Source: Actinomycetes bacterium (GTDB lineage: Bacteria; Actinomycetota; Actinomycetes; Actinomycetales; Actinomycetaceae). Taken from it: a DNA stretch of 64,000 bases. The notes under the pieces were generated by a model that was given only the letters and a program-made list of their open reading frames with translations, was not told where the DNA came from and ran no database searches. This document shows, one piece after another, positions 49,774 through 60,231 of the stretch. Location: contig JAEWEQ010000061.1 in the NCBI GenBank assembly GCA_023389315.1, positions 3,811-67,810 on the forward strand, given 5' to 3'. A program made the translations under genes and the position numbers. Numbering within the stretch: the stretch's first letter is position 1; the number at the start of each line of letters is the position of its first letter.

Positions 49774-50682
49774 CTACGGCTTATCGCGCAGGGCTAGGAG
49801 CACCGCGTCCAGCTGACGCTGACTGAGCCGACCGGCCTCGTGCGCCAAAAGCGCAGTGGCTTGCGCGAGCGCCAAATACGTGTCGGCAACCTCGCGCGAA
49901 CCAAAATACGGCGGGCAGGCCGCGGGACTTTGCTGCAACGACTGCAACTGCGTCAGGTGACGACGCAAAGTCCCCGTATCCGCGCGCACCACCGGACCAG
50001 TGAGGGCACTGGGATCTTCCGCTAGCGCATTCTCTAAAGACGCCTGCGCTAGGGGACGCAAAAACGCTCCCGAATCCTCCACCCCCGCTAACTCCAGGGC
50101 GCTGCGCGCCTGGATGAGGACGGTGAAGATGTGGTTCGCACCGTGCGTGAGAGCAGCGTGATAGAGCTGGCGCTGACCGTCCTCGATCGGCACCGGCTGG
50201 GCTTGCAACTCGTAAATCAAGGCCTGCGCGATCGGCATCGCCACCGCGCTGGCGGTAACCGCCACCGGGCAGTCCACCAGGCGCTGCAAGTCCAGGCTAT
50301 AGCCCGAAAATGTCATCGCCGGGTGGATGGCGATGGTGAGGGCCCCAGCGCGGGCTGCCGGTTCGAGCACGTCCAGGCCGTGAGAGCCGCTGGCGTGCAG
50401 CACGATCTGACCCGGACGCCAACGACCCAGCTTCGCCAGTGAATCCACCACCGGGCCAACGGCATCATCGGGAGTGGTTACCGCCACCAGGTCGGCGTCG
50501 GGAAGTTCATCGGCCGCCACCATCGGAGTGTCTGGCAGTTGCCAGGAGAGGGCGTCGCGAACTTGTTCTTTGCTCGAGGACGTGGTGGCCACGATGGTGT
50601 GGCCGACGTTCTTCCACCCCATGGCGAGGGCGCGCCCCACCCGTCCGGGGCCGATGATGGCGATGCGCAGGCGGTTACTCAT
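49774..50682 (-). CDS. Rossmann-like and DUF2520 domain protein
   Basis: ORF 49774..50976 trimmed to the ATG at 50680-50682 (MSNRLRIAIIGPGRVGRALAMGW). The longer form would be a Pro-rich read-through overlapping the upstream gene. It occupies the position upstream of panC, as in mycobacteria. Confidence 0.7.
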   Translation of the reverse strand: MSNRLRIAIIGPGRVGRALAMGWKNVGHTIVATTSSSKEQVRDALSWQLPDTPMVAADELPDADLVAVTTPDDAVGPVVDSLAKLGRWRPGQIVLHASGSHGLDVLEPAARAGALTIAIHPAMTFSGYSLDLQRLVDCPVAVTASAVAMPIAQALIYELQAQPVPIEDGQRQLYHAALTHGANHIFTVLIQARSALELAGVEDSGAFLRPLAQASLENALAEDPSALTGPVVRADTGTLRRHLTQLQSLQQSPAACPPYFGSREVADTYLALAQATALLAHEAGRLSQRQLDAVLLALRDKP

Positions 50683-52636
50683 GGGGCTGCTCCGGGGAAT
50701 TTGGGGCGGGGTCAGCCAGTGCGGCGGGGTCAGGCTGCGGGATGGGGGCGGCCTGCGGGGTGGGGGCGGCCTGCGGGGCAGGCTGCGAGACGGGATTAGG
50801 CTGCGGGGCGGGGCCAGACAACCTGGCTGACGCACCCGGTGCACCCGCGGCCGCGGATTGCGGCGTAAGTGCCGACGGCGGAGCTTGTCCAACTTCCGGA
50901 CCGTCCTCGAACAACTCCCGCCCAGAAGCCTCCAACGCCGCGGTGGCGCGTTCGAACCACACGTCCTCGCGCTCACGCACCTGCGCCTGACGGCAACGCA
51001 CCATCAACTGCTCCACCAGGTCCCCGGCGAGGGACGCATCCATATTGGACAGGTAGCTCTCTACCGGAGAGCCACTAGCCATATGCAGCTGTAAGTCCGC
51101 CAACCACATGCGCTTTTGGATGGGACCACGTGCGACCCGGTGCGACTGCACCCGCGGTAAAGCACACACCACCAGCGCCCGGCGAATCCGTCCTCGCCGA
51201 ATCATCGCCACCTGGTCGGTGATGAAAATGGCGTCGCGCTTCCAACCCAGCGGAGAGAAAATGCGGGCGCGCCGCGGGTTCGCAAGGAACCCACCGTCAG
51301 TGGTGTAGCCATCGATGCCGGCGATCAGCTTCTCCACCGGGTCAGGGCAACCCAGGTTGGGGAAAATCAACCACAGGGCCCGCAGCATGGCGTCGCGGTC
51401 CCCCACCGGCAGCAAAATGTTGGTTTCTTCATTGGAATCTTCCAAGGAAGGCCCCACTCCAGCTTGCGAAATCGTCACCCGATACCAGCCGGGGAAACGC
51501 CACAGCCACGGCTGGCTGATAGTCACCGCCTGGACGCGGCGCACCGGAATAGTTTGAGAACGCGTGGACATCAGGCCCGCCCGGATACGGATCCCCTCCG
51601 GCGTCAGGTTCGCCACGAAGTTGTAGTTCTGTGAGAACTCCTTCCACGGCAACGCCAACATCGCCACCGCCGCAGTCCCGAAACCAAACACGGCGCCAAA
51701 GGACAGCGACCCGGCCCAGCTGGAGGAAAGCAGCAGACCCGCGACACCCACCGCGATCACCACCAGCCCAATGGCACTGGAAATCATCACGCCCAGGTTA
51801 AACAGCACTGAGCGCAGCAGTTGGCGAGTGGGGACGGCGAAAATTTGCGTTCCCGAATCCGCTTCGGTGGCCAGCAGCGCATCCACCCGAGAAGCGGCGC
51901 GCGAGAGGTGGCCGGCGGGAGCGGCAGGCGGTTGCGCTTCGGAGTGTGCGGCTTGCACCCCCGGGTGGCCCACGGGCGTGGCCGGGTGCGAGTGGCCAGC
52001 GGGTTCAGACTCATCCCCCACGGCGAGGACGGGTGGGGTCGTTCCAGCGCCGGCGCCGGGATCGCCCTCGGCCGGCAACTCCCCCTTCTCCACCGCGCGC
52101 GCCCGGTTAGCCTGGCTCAGAATCTCCCTGCGCAACGACTCCAAATTCGAACTGCTCAGCAACCCCAAAACCACGTTCGAACCTGCACCGCCAGCAACTT
52201 CGATAGTTACCGAACCGAGTTTGAAAAGGCGCCCAATCAGACCGTGAGTGATATTCACCGACTGTATGCGGGTGAGGCGGGCGTGGCGTTGCGAACGGAA
52301 GATGATGCCTCGGCGATGCCACACGGCCTCGTCAGTAATGGCATACTCCTCACGGCGCCACGCGAAGAACGTAAACAAACCGACCACCACCGCTGCCCCC
52401 AGGGCAATCGCAGCGACGATCAAAATGACCCAGCGCAGCTCAGAGATAGGGAGGGTGCCGTCCTCGAAAATCTCTAACAGCGAATCCAGGTTCTTAAAGA
52501 ACACGAACGCCAAAATCATGCCCATCACACCCAGGCCGCGTGACAGCGGAGTCAGAGGGTGCATTCGGCGCCACGCCTGCGGTGGCACGCCGCTAGCGGA
52601 AGCCTCCAGGCGGGGGGATTTTGCTGGTTTACTCAC
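50675..52636 (-). CDS. membrane protein with repeated bacterial PH (bPH_2, YdbT-like) domains and Pro/Ala-rich tail
   Basis: 653 aa. It has TM hairpins, each followed by segments such as YAITDEAVWHRRGIIFRSQRHARLTRIQSVNITHGLIGRLFKLGSVTIEVAG, which is a bPH_2-like pattern. The family call is by eye. Confidence 0.6.
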   Translation of the reverse strand: MSKPAKSPRLEASASGVPPQAWRRMHPLTPLSRGLGVMGMILAFVFFKNLDSLLEIFEDGTLPISELRWVILIVAAIALGAAVVVGLFTFFAWRREEYAITDEAVWHRRGIIFRSQRHARLTRIQSVNITHGLIGRLFKLGSVTIEVAGGAGSNVVLGLLSSSNLESLRREILSQANRARAVEKGELPAEGDPGAGAGTTPPVLAVGDESEPAGHSHPATPVGHPGVQAAHSEAQPPAAPAGHLSRAASRVDALLATEADSGTQIFAVPTRQLLRSVLFNLGVMISSAIGLVVIAVGVAGLLLSSSWAGSLSFGAVFGFGTAAVAMLALPWKEFSQNYNFVANLTPEGIRIRAGLMSTRSQTIPVRRVQAVTISQPWLWRFPGWYRVTISQAGVGPSLEDSNEETNILLPVGDRDAMLRALWLIFPNLGCPDPVEKLIAGIDGYTTDGGFLANPRRARIFSPLGWKRDAIFITDQVAMIRRGRIRRALVVCALPRVQSHRVARGPIQKRMWLADLQLHMASGSPVESYLSNMDASLAGDLVEQLMVRCRQAQVREREDVWFERATAALEASGRELFEDGPEVGQAPPSALTPQSAAAGAPGASARLSGPAPQPNPVSQPAPQAAPTPQAAPIPQPDPAALADPAPNSPEQPHE

Positions 52637-52638
52637 GA

Positions 52639-53190
52639 CTACAACCCCGCCAAGTCCACATCCCCGCGGGCAGCCAAATCATCGCGCAACTGCGCTGCAT
52701 CCGCGGCGGGCAAGCCGGGGATGGTGGCGGCAGTGGCACCCGAAGCGGTATTCAAGGTCACCGTCGCCAATCCCACCATGCGCTCGATCGGCCCCTCTTG
52801 CACATCCACGTACTGCAGGCGGCCGTACGGGATCACGGTCAGGGAGCGGAACATGATGCCGCGGCGGATCAGTAGCTCTGACTCCGTGCGCGCATAGGCG
52901 AACGCCCGCACTCGCCGCACCTGGATGAACGCCCACCACAGGTAGTACGCCAGCATTAGGGCTGCCACCACGGCCGGCAGGTAGCTGGGGACATTGAGGT
53001 TCGCGACCAGGAAATACGCCCCCACGGTCAGCGCGGGGATGAGGATTAACGCGCGCAACCCGATCCCCACCAGCCGCACGGTGGCGAGTTTGGGGGAGAT
53101 TGATTCGAATTGGGCACCCGCGGGAGCGAACGGCTCGGGACGCTCGGGCCCGCGGTAAGTCGGCGTTGGTACCGCAACGGTGTCAGACAT
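52639..53190 (-). CDS. membrane protein with single bPH_2 (YdbS-like) domain
   Basis: 183 aa. It has two TM helices followed by YARTESELLIRRGIMFRSLTVIPYGRLQYVDVQEGPIERMVGLATVTLNTASG. The stop lies 2 nt from the start of the next gene. Confidence 0.6.
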   Translation of the reverse strand: MSDTVAVPTPTYRGPERPEPFAPAGAQFESISPKLATVRLVGIGLRALILIPALTVGAYFLVANLNVPSYLPAVVAALMLAYYLWWAFIQVRRVRAFAYARTESELLIRRGIMFRSLTVIPYGRLQYVDVQEGPIERMVGLATVTLNTASGATAATIPGLPAADAAQLRDDLAARGDVDLAGL

Positions 53191-53479
53191 GGAGGTTCCT
53201 ATTCACGGTCGAAATTAGTCACGGAATTACTTTAGGTTCCACCGCATATTGTCCCATATTGGCTGGCGCTGCCCCACCCCGCGTCGCGACAAAGCGGTGC
53301 ATGGTGCGAAGGCGGGACGGGGCGAATAGCCCGCGCAGACGGTCAGCCGGCAAATGATACAGGCCGCGAGGACGGAGCGGACCGGGCGACGAGTACGGAG
53401 GCGAACGTCCTCGCGAAGGACGCTAGGCCGTGCAGCCAATTCCCAGACAACTCCCAGTCCCACGGTGTTTGATAGGAAT

Positions 53480-54187
53480 ATGAACCAAGATCCCACGCCC
53501 GAAGCGCGCCTGCTGGTGGTTGACGATGAGCCGAATATCCTAGACCTGTTGGCATCTTCCCTGCGCTTCGCCGGATTCGAAGTGTCCACCGCCGCGGACG
53601 GTAAGTCCGCCTTCCACCTGGCCACCACCGAATACCCCGACCTGATCGTCCTCGACGTGATGCTGCCCGACATGGACGGCTTCACTGTCACGCGCCGCCT
53701 ACGCGACGCCGGGGTGCGCATACCGGTACTATTCCTCACCGCGCGCGACGACATGCGCGACAAAATTCAAGGCCTCACCGTGGGTGGCGACGACTACGTA
53801 ACTAAACCCTTCGGGTTGGAAGAAGTAGTTGCTCGGATTCGCGCGATTTTGCGCCGCACCGTGGGAGAAAGCGGCGACGACGGGGTGTTGCGGATCGCCG
53901 ACCTGGAGTTGGACGAGGACGCTCACGAAGTTCGCCGCGCCGGCCACGAAATCGACCTGTCCCCCACCGAATTCAAACTACTGCGCTACCTGATGATCAA
54001 CGAAGGGCGCGTGGTTTCGAAAATGCAGATTCTTGACCACGTGTGGGAATACGACTGGGATGGGGAAGCCGCCATCGTCGAGTCCTATATTTCCTACCTG
54101 CGGCGCAAACTCGCTGTCCCCGGATCCTCCGAGAACCTGATTCACACTCGCCGCGGCGTGGGGTACATGCTTCGAGCCGGAGGGTAA
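53480..54187 (+). CDS. OmpR/PhoB family response regulator (PhoP-like)
   Basis: ORF trimmed to the ATG at 53480. Receiver domain LLVVDDEPNILDLL...DLIVLDVMLPDMDG...VLFLTARD...GGDDYVTKPF, followed by a winged-helix domain ending RRGVGYML. Confidence 0.92.
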   Translation: MNQDPTPEARLLVVDDEPNILDLLASSLRFAGFEVSTAADGKSAFHLATTEYPDLIVLDVMLPDMDGFTVTRRLRDAGVRIPVLFLTARDDMRDKIQGLTVGGDDYVTKPFGLEEVVARIRAILRRTVGESGDDGVLRIADLELDEDAHEVRRAGHEIDLSPTEFKLLRYLMINEGRVVSKMQILDHVWEYDWDGEAAIVESYISYLRRKLAVPGSSENLIHTRRGVGYMLRAGG

Positions 54188-54194
54188 AACCTTC

Positions 54195-55760
54195 GTGGCC
54201 TCCGCCAAGACCGCAGAAAAAACCGCTCTCCGGATCGAAAAAGCCGAACGATCCGGAAAGTTTTCGCTGCAACGACTGTGGGAACGCCTCACCCTACGGG
54301 TGCGGCTAGTGGCACTATTTACGCTGGTATTAACGGTAGGTTTCCTAGTTTCAGGCGCCGCCATGCTCGGCATTTTGCAAGCACACCTGGTGAGCCAAGT
54401 CGACCGGGAACTAGAAAACTCCGCTACCTCCATGGCGGTGGAATCGGTACGCGCCATTATGGCGAACCGATCCACCAAGTTCCCCTCCAACTACTACCTG
54501 CGCCTGACCATGGTTGACGGCACCTCCCTGGTGTCGGTAAACGATGAAACCGCTATGCGATTCGGCTTGCCTGAACCAGGGGCAGTGGTGGATGAGCAGA
54601 TGGCACTGCCTATCACCACTACCCGCCCGGCGTCGATTAAGTCTTCAATTCCGGGCTCCTACTGGCGGGCCATGGCGGTGCCGATCTCGGTTGACCACAA
54701 ACTGCACGCAGTGGCGACCATCGCTTTGCCACTGCGGTCAGTGGCCGAAACGGTGGCTAACACCGCCCGGTACTTTGCTTTGCTGGGCATCTTGGTTATC
54801 ACCGTTGGCGCCATCACCTCAGATTATTTGGTGCGCCGAGCCCTGATCCCACTGGCGCGTATCGAGGAGGTAGCGGGCAAGATCGCCGCCGGTGACATCA
54901 CTCAACGTATTGATCCGCTGCCCACCACCACCGAAGTGGGCTCCCTCTCCGCCAGCTTGAACCAGATGCTCAGCCAGATTGAACAGTCTTTCGCGCAGCG
55001 GGATGAGTCCCAAAGCCGGGTGCGTCGTTTCGTGTCCGACGCTTCCCACGAGTTACGCACGCCGCTGGCGGCGATTCGCGGCTACGGGGAGTTGTACCGC
55101 ATGGGGGCGGTCCCACCCGAAAAAGTCGCTGACGCTATGGCACGCATCGAATCTGAATCCAGCCGCATGGGTGCGTTGGTTGAGGATCTGCTGACTTTGG
55201 CGCGGCTAGACGAAGCCCAAGGTTTGAAACCGGTGCCGGTTGATTTAGTGGAACAGGGCACCAACGCGGCCTTTGACTGCACGGCTTTGGACCCCACCCG
55301 GGTGGTGCAGTTAATTTCCTTAGATGGCGAGGACGCTCCCGCTTCCCTGGTAGTGGAAGCTGACCGTAACCAGTTGACCCAAGTATTTACGAACTTGATC
55401 GGCAACGTAGTTCGCTACACGCCGAAAGGATCCCCGGTGGAGATCGCGTTGGGCCAAGTGGGCGATAACGCGGTAGTGGAGATTCGCGACCACGGGCCGG
55501 GTATTTCTTCGCAAGAATCCAGTAAAGTGTTCCGTCGTTTCTATCGCACCGACACTTCCCGCTCGCGCGCCTCAGGTGGGTCCGGCTTGGGCTTGGCGAT
55601 CGTGTCTTCCATCGTCAGTTTGCATTCGGGGTCGATCTCTTTGGGGCACACGGACGGAGGCGGCCTGACGGTGCGGATCGAACTGCCCTTGACCCAAGAT
55701 GGGGTAAGCCAGGAGCGCAATGGGCGCGGCGGGCCCACTGATTCGAAAACTGCCCGCTAA
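54195..55760 (+). CDS. sensor histidine kinase (TM-sensor-TM-HAMP-HisKA-HATPase)
   Basis: H-box FVSDASHELRTPLAAIRGY, N-box NLIGNVVRYTP, G-boxes RDHGPGI and GGSGLGLAIV. GTG start 8 nt after the response regulator stop. Confidence 0.9.
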   Translation: MASAKTAEKTALRIEKAERSGKFSLQRLWERLTLRVRLVALFTLVLTVGFLVSGAAMLGILQAHLVSQVDRELENSATSMAVESVRAIMANRSTKFPSNYYLRLTMVDGTSLVSVNDETAMRFGLPEPGAVVDEQMALPITTTRPASIKSSIPGSYWRAMAVPISVDHKLHAVATIALPLRSVAETVANTARYFALLGILVITVGAITSDYLVRRALIPLARIEEVAGKIAAGDITQRIDPLPTTTEVGSLSASLNQMLSQIEQSFAQRDESQSRVRRFVSDASHELRTPLAAIRGYGELYRMGAVPPEKVADAMARIESESSRMGALVEDLLTLARLDEAQGLKPVPVDLVEQGTNAAFDCTALDPTRVVQLISLDGEDAPASLVVEADRNQLTQVFTNLIGNVVRYTPKGSPVEIALGQVGDNAVVEIRDHGPGISSQESSKVFRRFYRTDTSRSRASGGSGLGLAIVSSIVSLHSGSISLGHTDGGGLTVRIELPLTQDGVSQERNGRGGPTDSKTAR

Positions 55761-55778
55761 TGAGTCTAGCATGGGCGA

Positions 55779-57020
55779 GTGGATCGAAACTCCTATGCCT
55801 TTGCAGAACCTGCGCCGGTCATCCCCAGCTGGATGATCTCTACCTTCGTCACGGCCGCCCAAGATTTGGGGGCGACCTGTGAGCGCGCGCAACTGGAGGA
55901 GTTAGCGAACGACCTCGTGCGTCATTGGGCAAACCCGAAACGTTGTTTCCACGACTGTGCTTTCCTGCGCGCGGCGATTGCCCGCATTGACGAGTTCTCC
56001 CCCGCTTCCCACAATCCTGCCGCCCTGCATTTGGCGCTGTGGTTCTACGGGGTGGGTCTGGCGTATCCGCTCGACCCCAACGATGAATTCGCAGTCACCG
56101 CCAGTGCCGAACGCTGCTGCGAGGTGATTGTGCGCTCCCTGGCGCCTCTGGGGGTACCACAAACCCAATGTGAGCACGTGTGTCATTTGGCGCAAGCGGC
56201 CATCACCCGCAGTGTCGCGCCTGGGGATTTGGATACCGCGGTGCTGGTGGATGCGGTGTTGTCGCAATTCGCTTCCAAACCGCAGGATTATAAGCAGTTG
56301 TGCGCGGCGTTGCGCCGGGAGTTGGCAGATATTCCCGAGGGCGATTACTTGCGTTACCGGCGCTCGTACTTGAGTGAGTTATTGTCACGTCCGCAGATTT
56401 TCCGCTCCCCCTTGGCGATGGTTTGGGAGGGGCAGGCACGGCAGAACATCGAAGGCGAGTTGGCTTCGGTGCAGGCCCGCTTGGAGGATTTGGGTGAGCA
56501 GGAGCTGCCACCGCCGGTTTCCTTGCGACGCGATTTCCTCACGCCCACCGCTGGCACTCTTTCTCACGAGGACGGGGCGGCAGTGCCCAGTAGTGCCGTC
56601 GCTGGCGAAGTGGCGCGTGAAGTGAGCGGTGATGTGGAATCGGCCGCGCGCAGTGGTGTGGCTTCTGAGCCTGCTGCGAGCGCACCTCAGTTGGGTGCAG
56701 CGGGCGCGGAGCGGGATCTTCCGTCGGAAAATGCTTCCGCGGGAAGTTCGGCTGCGGGGAGTCCGGCCGCGAGTAATCCCGCCTCTGGAAGTCCGGCCGC
56801 TGAGAGTCTGGCCGCGGGTGAACCCGTCCCTGGAAGTCCGGCTGCGGGAAGTTCGGCTGCGGGGAGTCCGGCCGCGAGTGAACTCGCCCCGGAAATGTCT
56901 TCCCTGGAGATGATCCCTGACCTGCTGGCACCGGTGAAGAAGGACGCCCCGCGACGGTTGTCAGCTAAGGAACAGGCGCGGGCGGCACGCGGACCGAAAC
57001 CACCCGCCGGTAGTAACTAG
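55779..57020 (+). CDS. hypothetical protein, N-terminal domain faintly HD-superfamily (COG4339)-like, C-terminal A/S/G/P repeat tail
   Basis: 413-aa ORF. WANPKRCFHDCAFLRAAI and LHLALWFYGVGLAY are reminiscent of the R.YH...H and AAWFHD blocks of COG4339 proteins, but without the HD dyad. The tail reads SAAGSPAASNPASGSPAAESLAAGEPVPGSPAAGSSAAGSPAAS. Confidence 0.35.
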   Translation: MDRNSYAFAEPAPVIPSWMISTFVTAAQDLGATCERAQLEELANDLVRHWANPKRCFHDCAFLRAAIARIDEFSPASHNPAALHLALWFYGVGLAYPLDPNDEFAVTASAERCCEVIVRSLAPLGVPQTQCEHVCHLAQAAITRSVAPGDLDTAVLVDAVLSQFASKPQDYKQLCAALRRELADIPEGDYLRYRRSYLSELLSRPQIFRSPLAMVWEGQARQNIEGELASVQARLEDLGEQELPPPVSLRRDFLTPTAGTLSHEDGAAVPSSAVAGEVAREVSGDVESAARSGVASEPAASAPQLGAAGAERDLPSENASAGSSAAGSPAASNPASGSPAAESLAAGEPVPGSPAAGSSAAGSPAASELAPEMSSLEMIPDLLAPVKKDAPRRLSAKEQARAARGPKPPAGSN

Positions 57021-57213
57021 CCGCCGCACCTCAGCGCCTGGCGGCTCGGCGCTGCCACCCAGTGAACCTCCATCGGAGGTTTTCCACACACCACCGTTAT
57101 CCCCAGCTCTCCCTGGCGCGGACGCCACCGAGTGCAGGCTCCGACGCATATTGGTTTCACGGGAGGCAACCGCCAACCCGACATAGACTCAACCGATGCT
57201 AAGGGAGCTAAAG

Positions 57214-57507
57214 ATGTCTGTTTTCCACGTTGATTCCGATGAAGTAGCGCGCTGCTCGGCACTGGTGCGCGCCAGCGCACAGAACCTACGCGCCGAAGTT
57301 GACGCCATGATGTCCAACCTAAATGCGCTCGAAGCCTCCTGGTCCGGCATGGCTTCGAACCAGTTCACCGCCACCGCCACGCAATGGCGCGGCATGCAGG
57401 TGCAGCTAGAGCAGGCTTTGGATGACATATCGGTGGCGCTGCAGACCGCGGCCACCACCTACAGTGATGCGGAAACCCAAGCCACCGCGATGTTCAGCGG
57501 ACGGTAG
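57214..57507 (+). CDS. WXG100 family (Esx-like) protein
   Basis: ORF trimmed to the ATG at 57214 after AAGGGAG. It is 97 aa with a helix-turn-helix hairpin and a central W-S-G (LEASWSGMASNQF). The C-terminal TYSDAE fits the YxxxD/E secretion motif. Confidence 0.8.
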   Translation: MSVFHVDSDEVARCSALVRASAQNLRAEVDAMMSNLNALEASWSGMASNQFTATATQWRGMQVQLEQALDDISVALQTAATTYSDAETQATAMFSGR

Positions 57508-57547
57508 AGCGCGAAGCCGGGCGAAGCTGCGCTCGCGATCCACCCTA

Positions 57548-57612
57548 GCCAACTGCGCACCCGTCCTCGGTAGCGGGAAACATAGCTGCGCCAACTGCGC
57601 ACCCGTCCTCGG
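57548..57612. repeat. perfect 23-bp direct repeat x2 (42-bp period)
   Basis: GCCAACTGCGCACCCGTCCTCGG occurs at 57548-57570 and again at 57590-57612. Confidence 0.85.
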
Positions 57613-57621
57613 CAATAAAGA

Positions 57622-57655
57622 TTGGGGCCAAGAGGAGTTACCCTCTTGGCCCCAA
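57622..57655. terminator. bidirectional hairpin terminator (esx-like gene / groEL)
   Basis: Perfect 14-bp stem: TTGGGGCCAAGAGG (57622-57635) and CCTCTTGGCCCCAA (57642-57655). On the minus strand it is followed by TCTTTATTGCC. It lies 22 nt beyond the groEL stop. Confidence 0.7.
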
Positions 57656-57676
57656 AACTTGGGTCTACCGGCAGGT

Positions 57677-59371
<1,695 letters not shown>

Positions 59372-59413
59372 TCACGTCCCGCGTGCCGAAGCCTCATAGC
59401 GAAACCTGGTCTT

Positions 59414-59440
59414 TTATCACTCTCAGGTATCGAGTGCTAA
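59414..59440 (-). promoter_or_regulatory. CIRCE operator 1 (HrcA site) in groEL leader
   Basis: TTATCACTC-N9-GAGTGCTAA compared with the consensus TTAGCACTC-N9-GAGTGCTAA: one mismatch and exact 9-nt spacing. Confidence 0.8.
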
Positions 59441-59448
59441 CTCATAGT

Positions 59449-59475
59449 TTGGCACTCACAGGCACAGAGTGCAAG
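59449..59475 (-). promoter_or_regulatory. CIRCE operator 2 (HrcA site) in groEL leader
   Basis: TTGGCACTC-N9-GAGTGCAAG. The core GCACTC/GAGTGC inverted repeat is kept with exact 9-nt spacing, and the outer positions diverge. Confidence 0.72.
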
Positions 59476-59558
59476 ATGAGTTGGTGCCGCTGCGGATAAC
59501 CCCACAGCGGCACCAGTTAAGACGCTTGTAACTGAGAAACGCTCACTCCACGCAAAGA

Positions 59559-60161
59559 TCAGCGCTGGAAGTCATCGCGCAGCACCACGATTACGTCTTT
59601 ATCACCAACGGCGTCAGTGTTTTCTTGCTGCGCATCGATTTTCAACTCTTTAGCGACCTCTTTGGCGGCCTTGTCATGCCCGGCACCGAAATACACGATC
59701 GACTTGTCACCAAGCCAACCATCGGCGTTATCGGTGTCCACATTTAGGAAACCAATACCCTTCAGGCGGTCCGCTGCTTCGGCGGCGAGGCCGTTCACCT
59801 CGGTGCCGTTTAGCACCATCACTTGGGCTTTGGTGAAGTCCAGGTCCACGGTAGAGGCGGCCGAGTCCTCAGTGGAAGTGGGGGTGGCACTTGCTTCCGA
59901 AGTAGCCGCTTGGGTTGGCTGCTCAGCGGCAGTTGTGGTCTGCGTGGTCACCGCAGCCGTAGTGGTGGAGGTGGTGGGAGTGGTATCACGCTGTCCGGCG
60001 TAGAAGGTGGCCGCACCCCAAGCCAGGAGCGGAGCCAAAACCAGCACCACTAGGAAAGGCAGAACCGATTTCCACTGGGAGGGCTTTTCACGGTGCACTC
60101 CACCGGGGGCATCCTTGCCTAACTCATCAAATTCGTCTTCAGGATATTCGTGTGCGCTCAC
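59559..60161 (-). CDS. LytR_C (LytR cell-envelope-related C-terminal) domain protein with TM anchor and Thr-rich linker
   Basis: [33 protein letters not shown]...[20 protein letters not shown] is the LytR_C pattern. TM helix [21 protein letters not shown]. The GTG at 60159-60161 is the preferred start, and ORF start 60200 is possible. Confidence 0.7.
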   Translation of the reverse strand: MSAHEYPEDEFDELGKDAPGGVHREKPSQWKSVLPFLVVLVLAPLLAWGAATFYAGQRDTTPTTSTTTAAVTTQTTTAAEQPTQAATSEASATPTSTEDSAASTVDLDFTKAQVMVLNGTEVNGLAAEAADRLKGIGFLNVDTDNADGWLGDKSIVYFGAGHDKAAKEVAKELKIDAQQENTDAVGDKDVIVVLRDDFQR

Positions 60162-60231
60162 GAGGCCAGCGTACACGCCTGCCCCCGGCAAGCAGCGCAC
60201 ACCACGCCGAAAGACGCGCTACAGTGACGCT

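Noticed and set aside
50683-50976. 98-residue Pro/Arg-rich N-terminal extension of the DUF2520 protein suggested by the ORF track
   Set aside because: The extension overlaps the C-terminal coding region of the upstream YdbT-like gene in another frame. The Rossmann motif follows directly after the internal ATG at 50682, which has the usual short overlap with the upstream stop.
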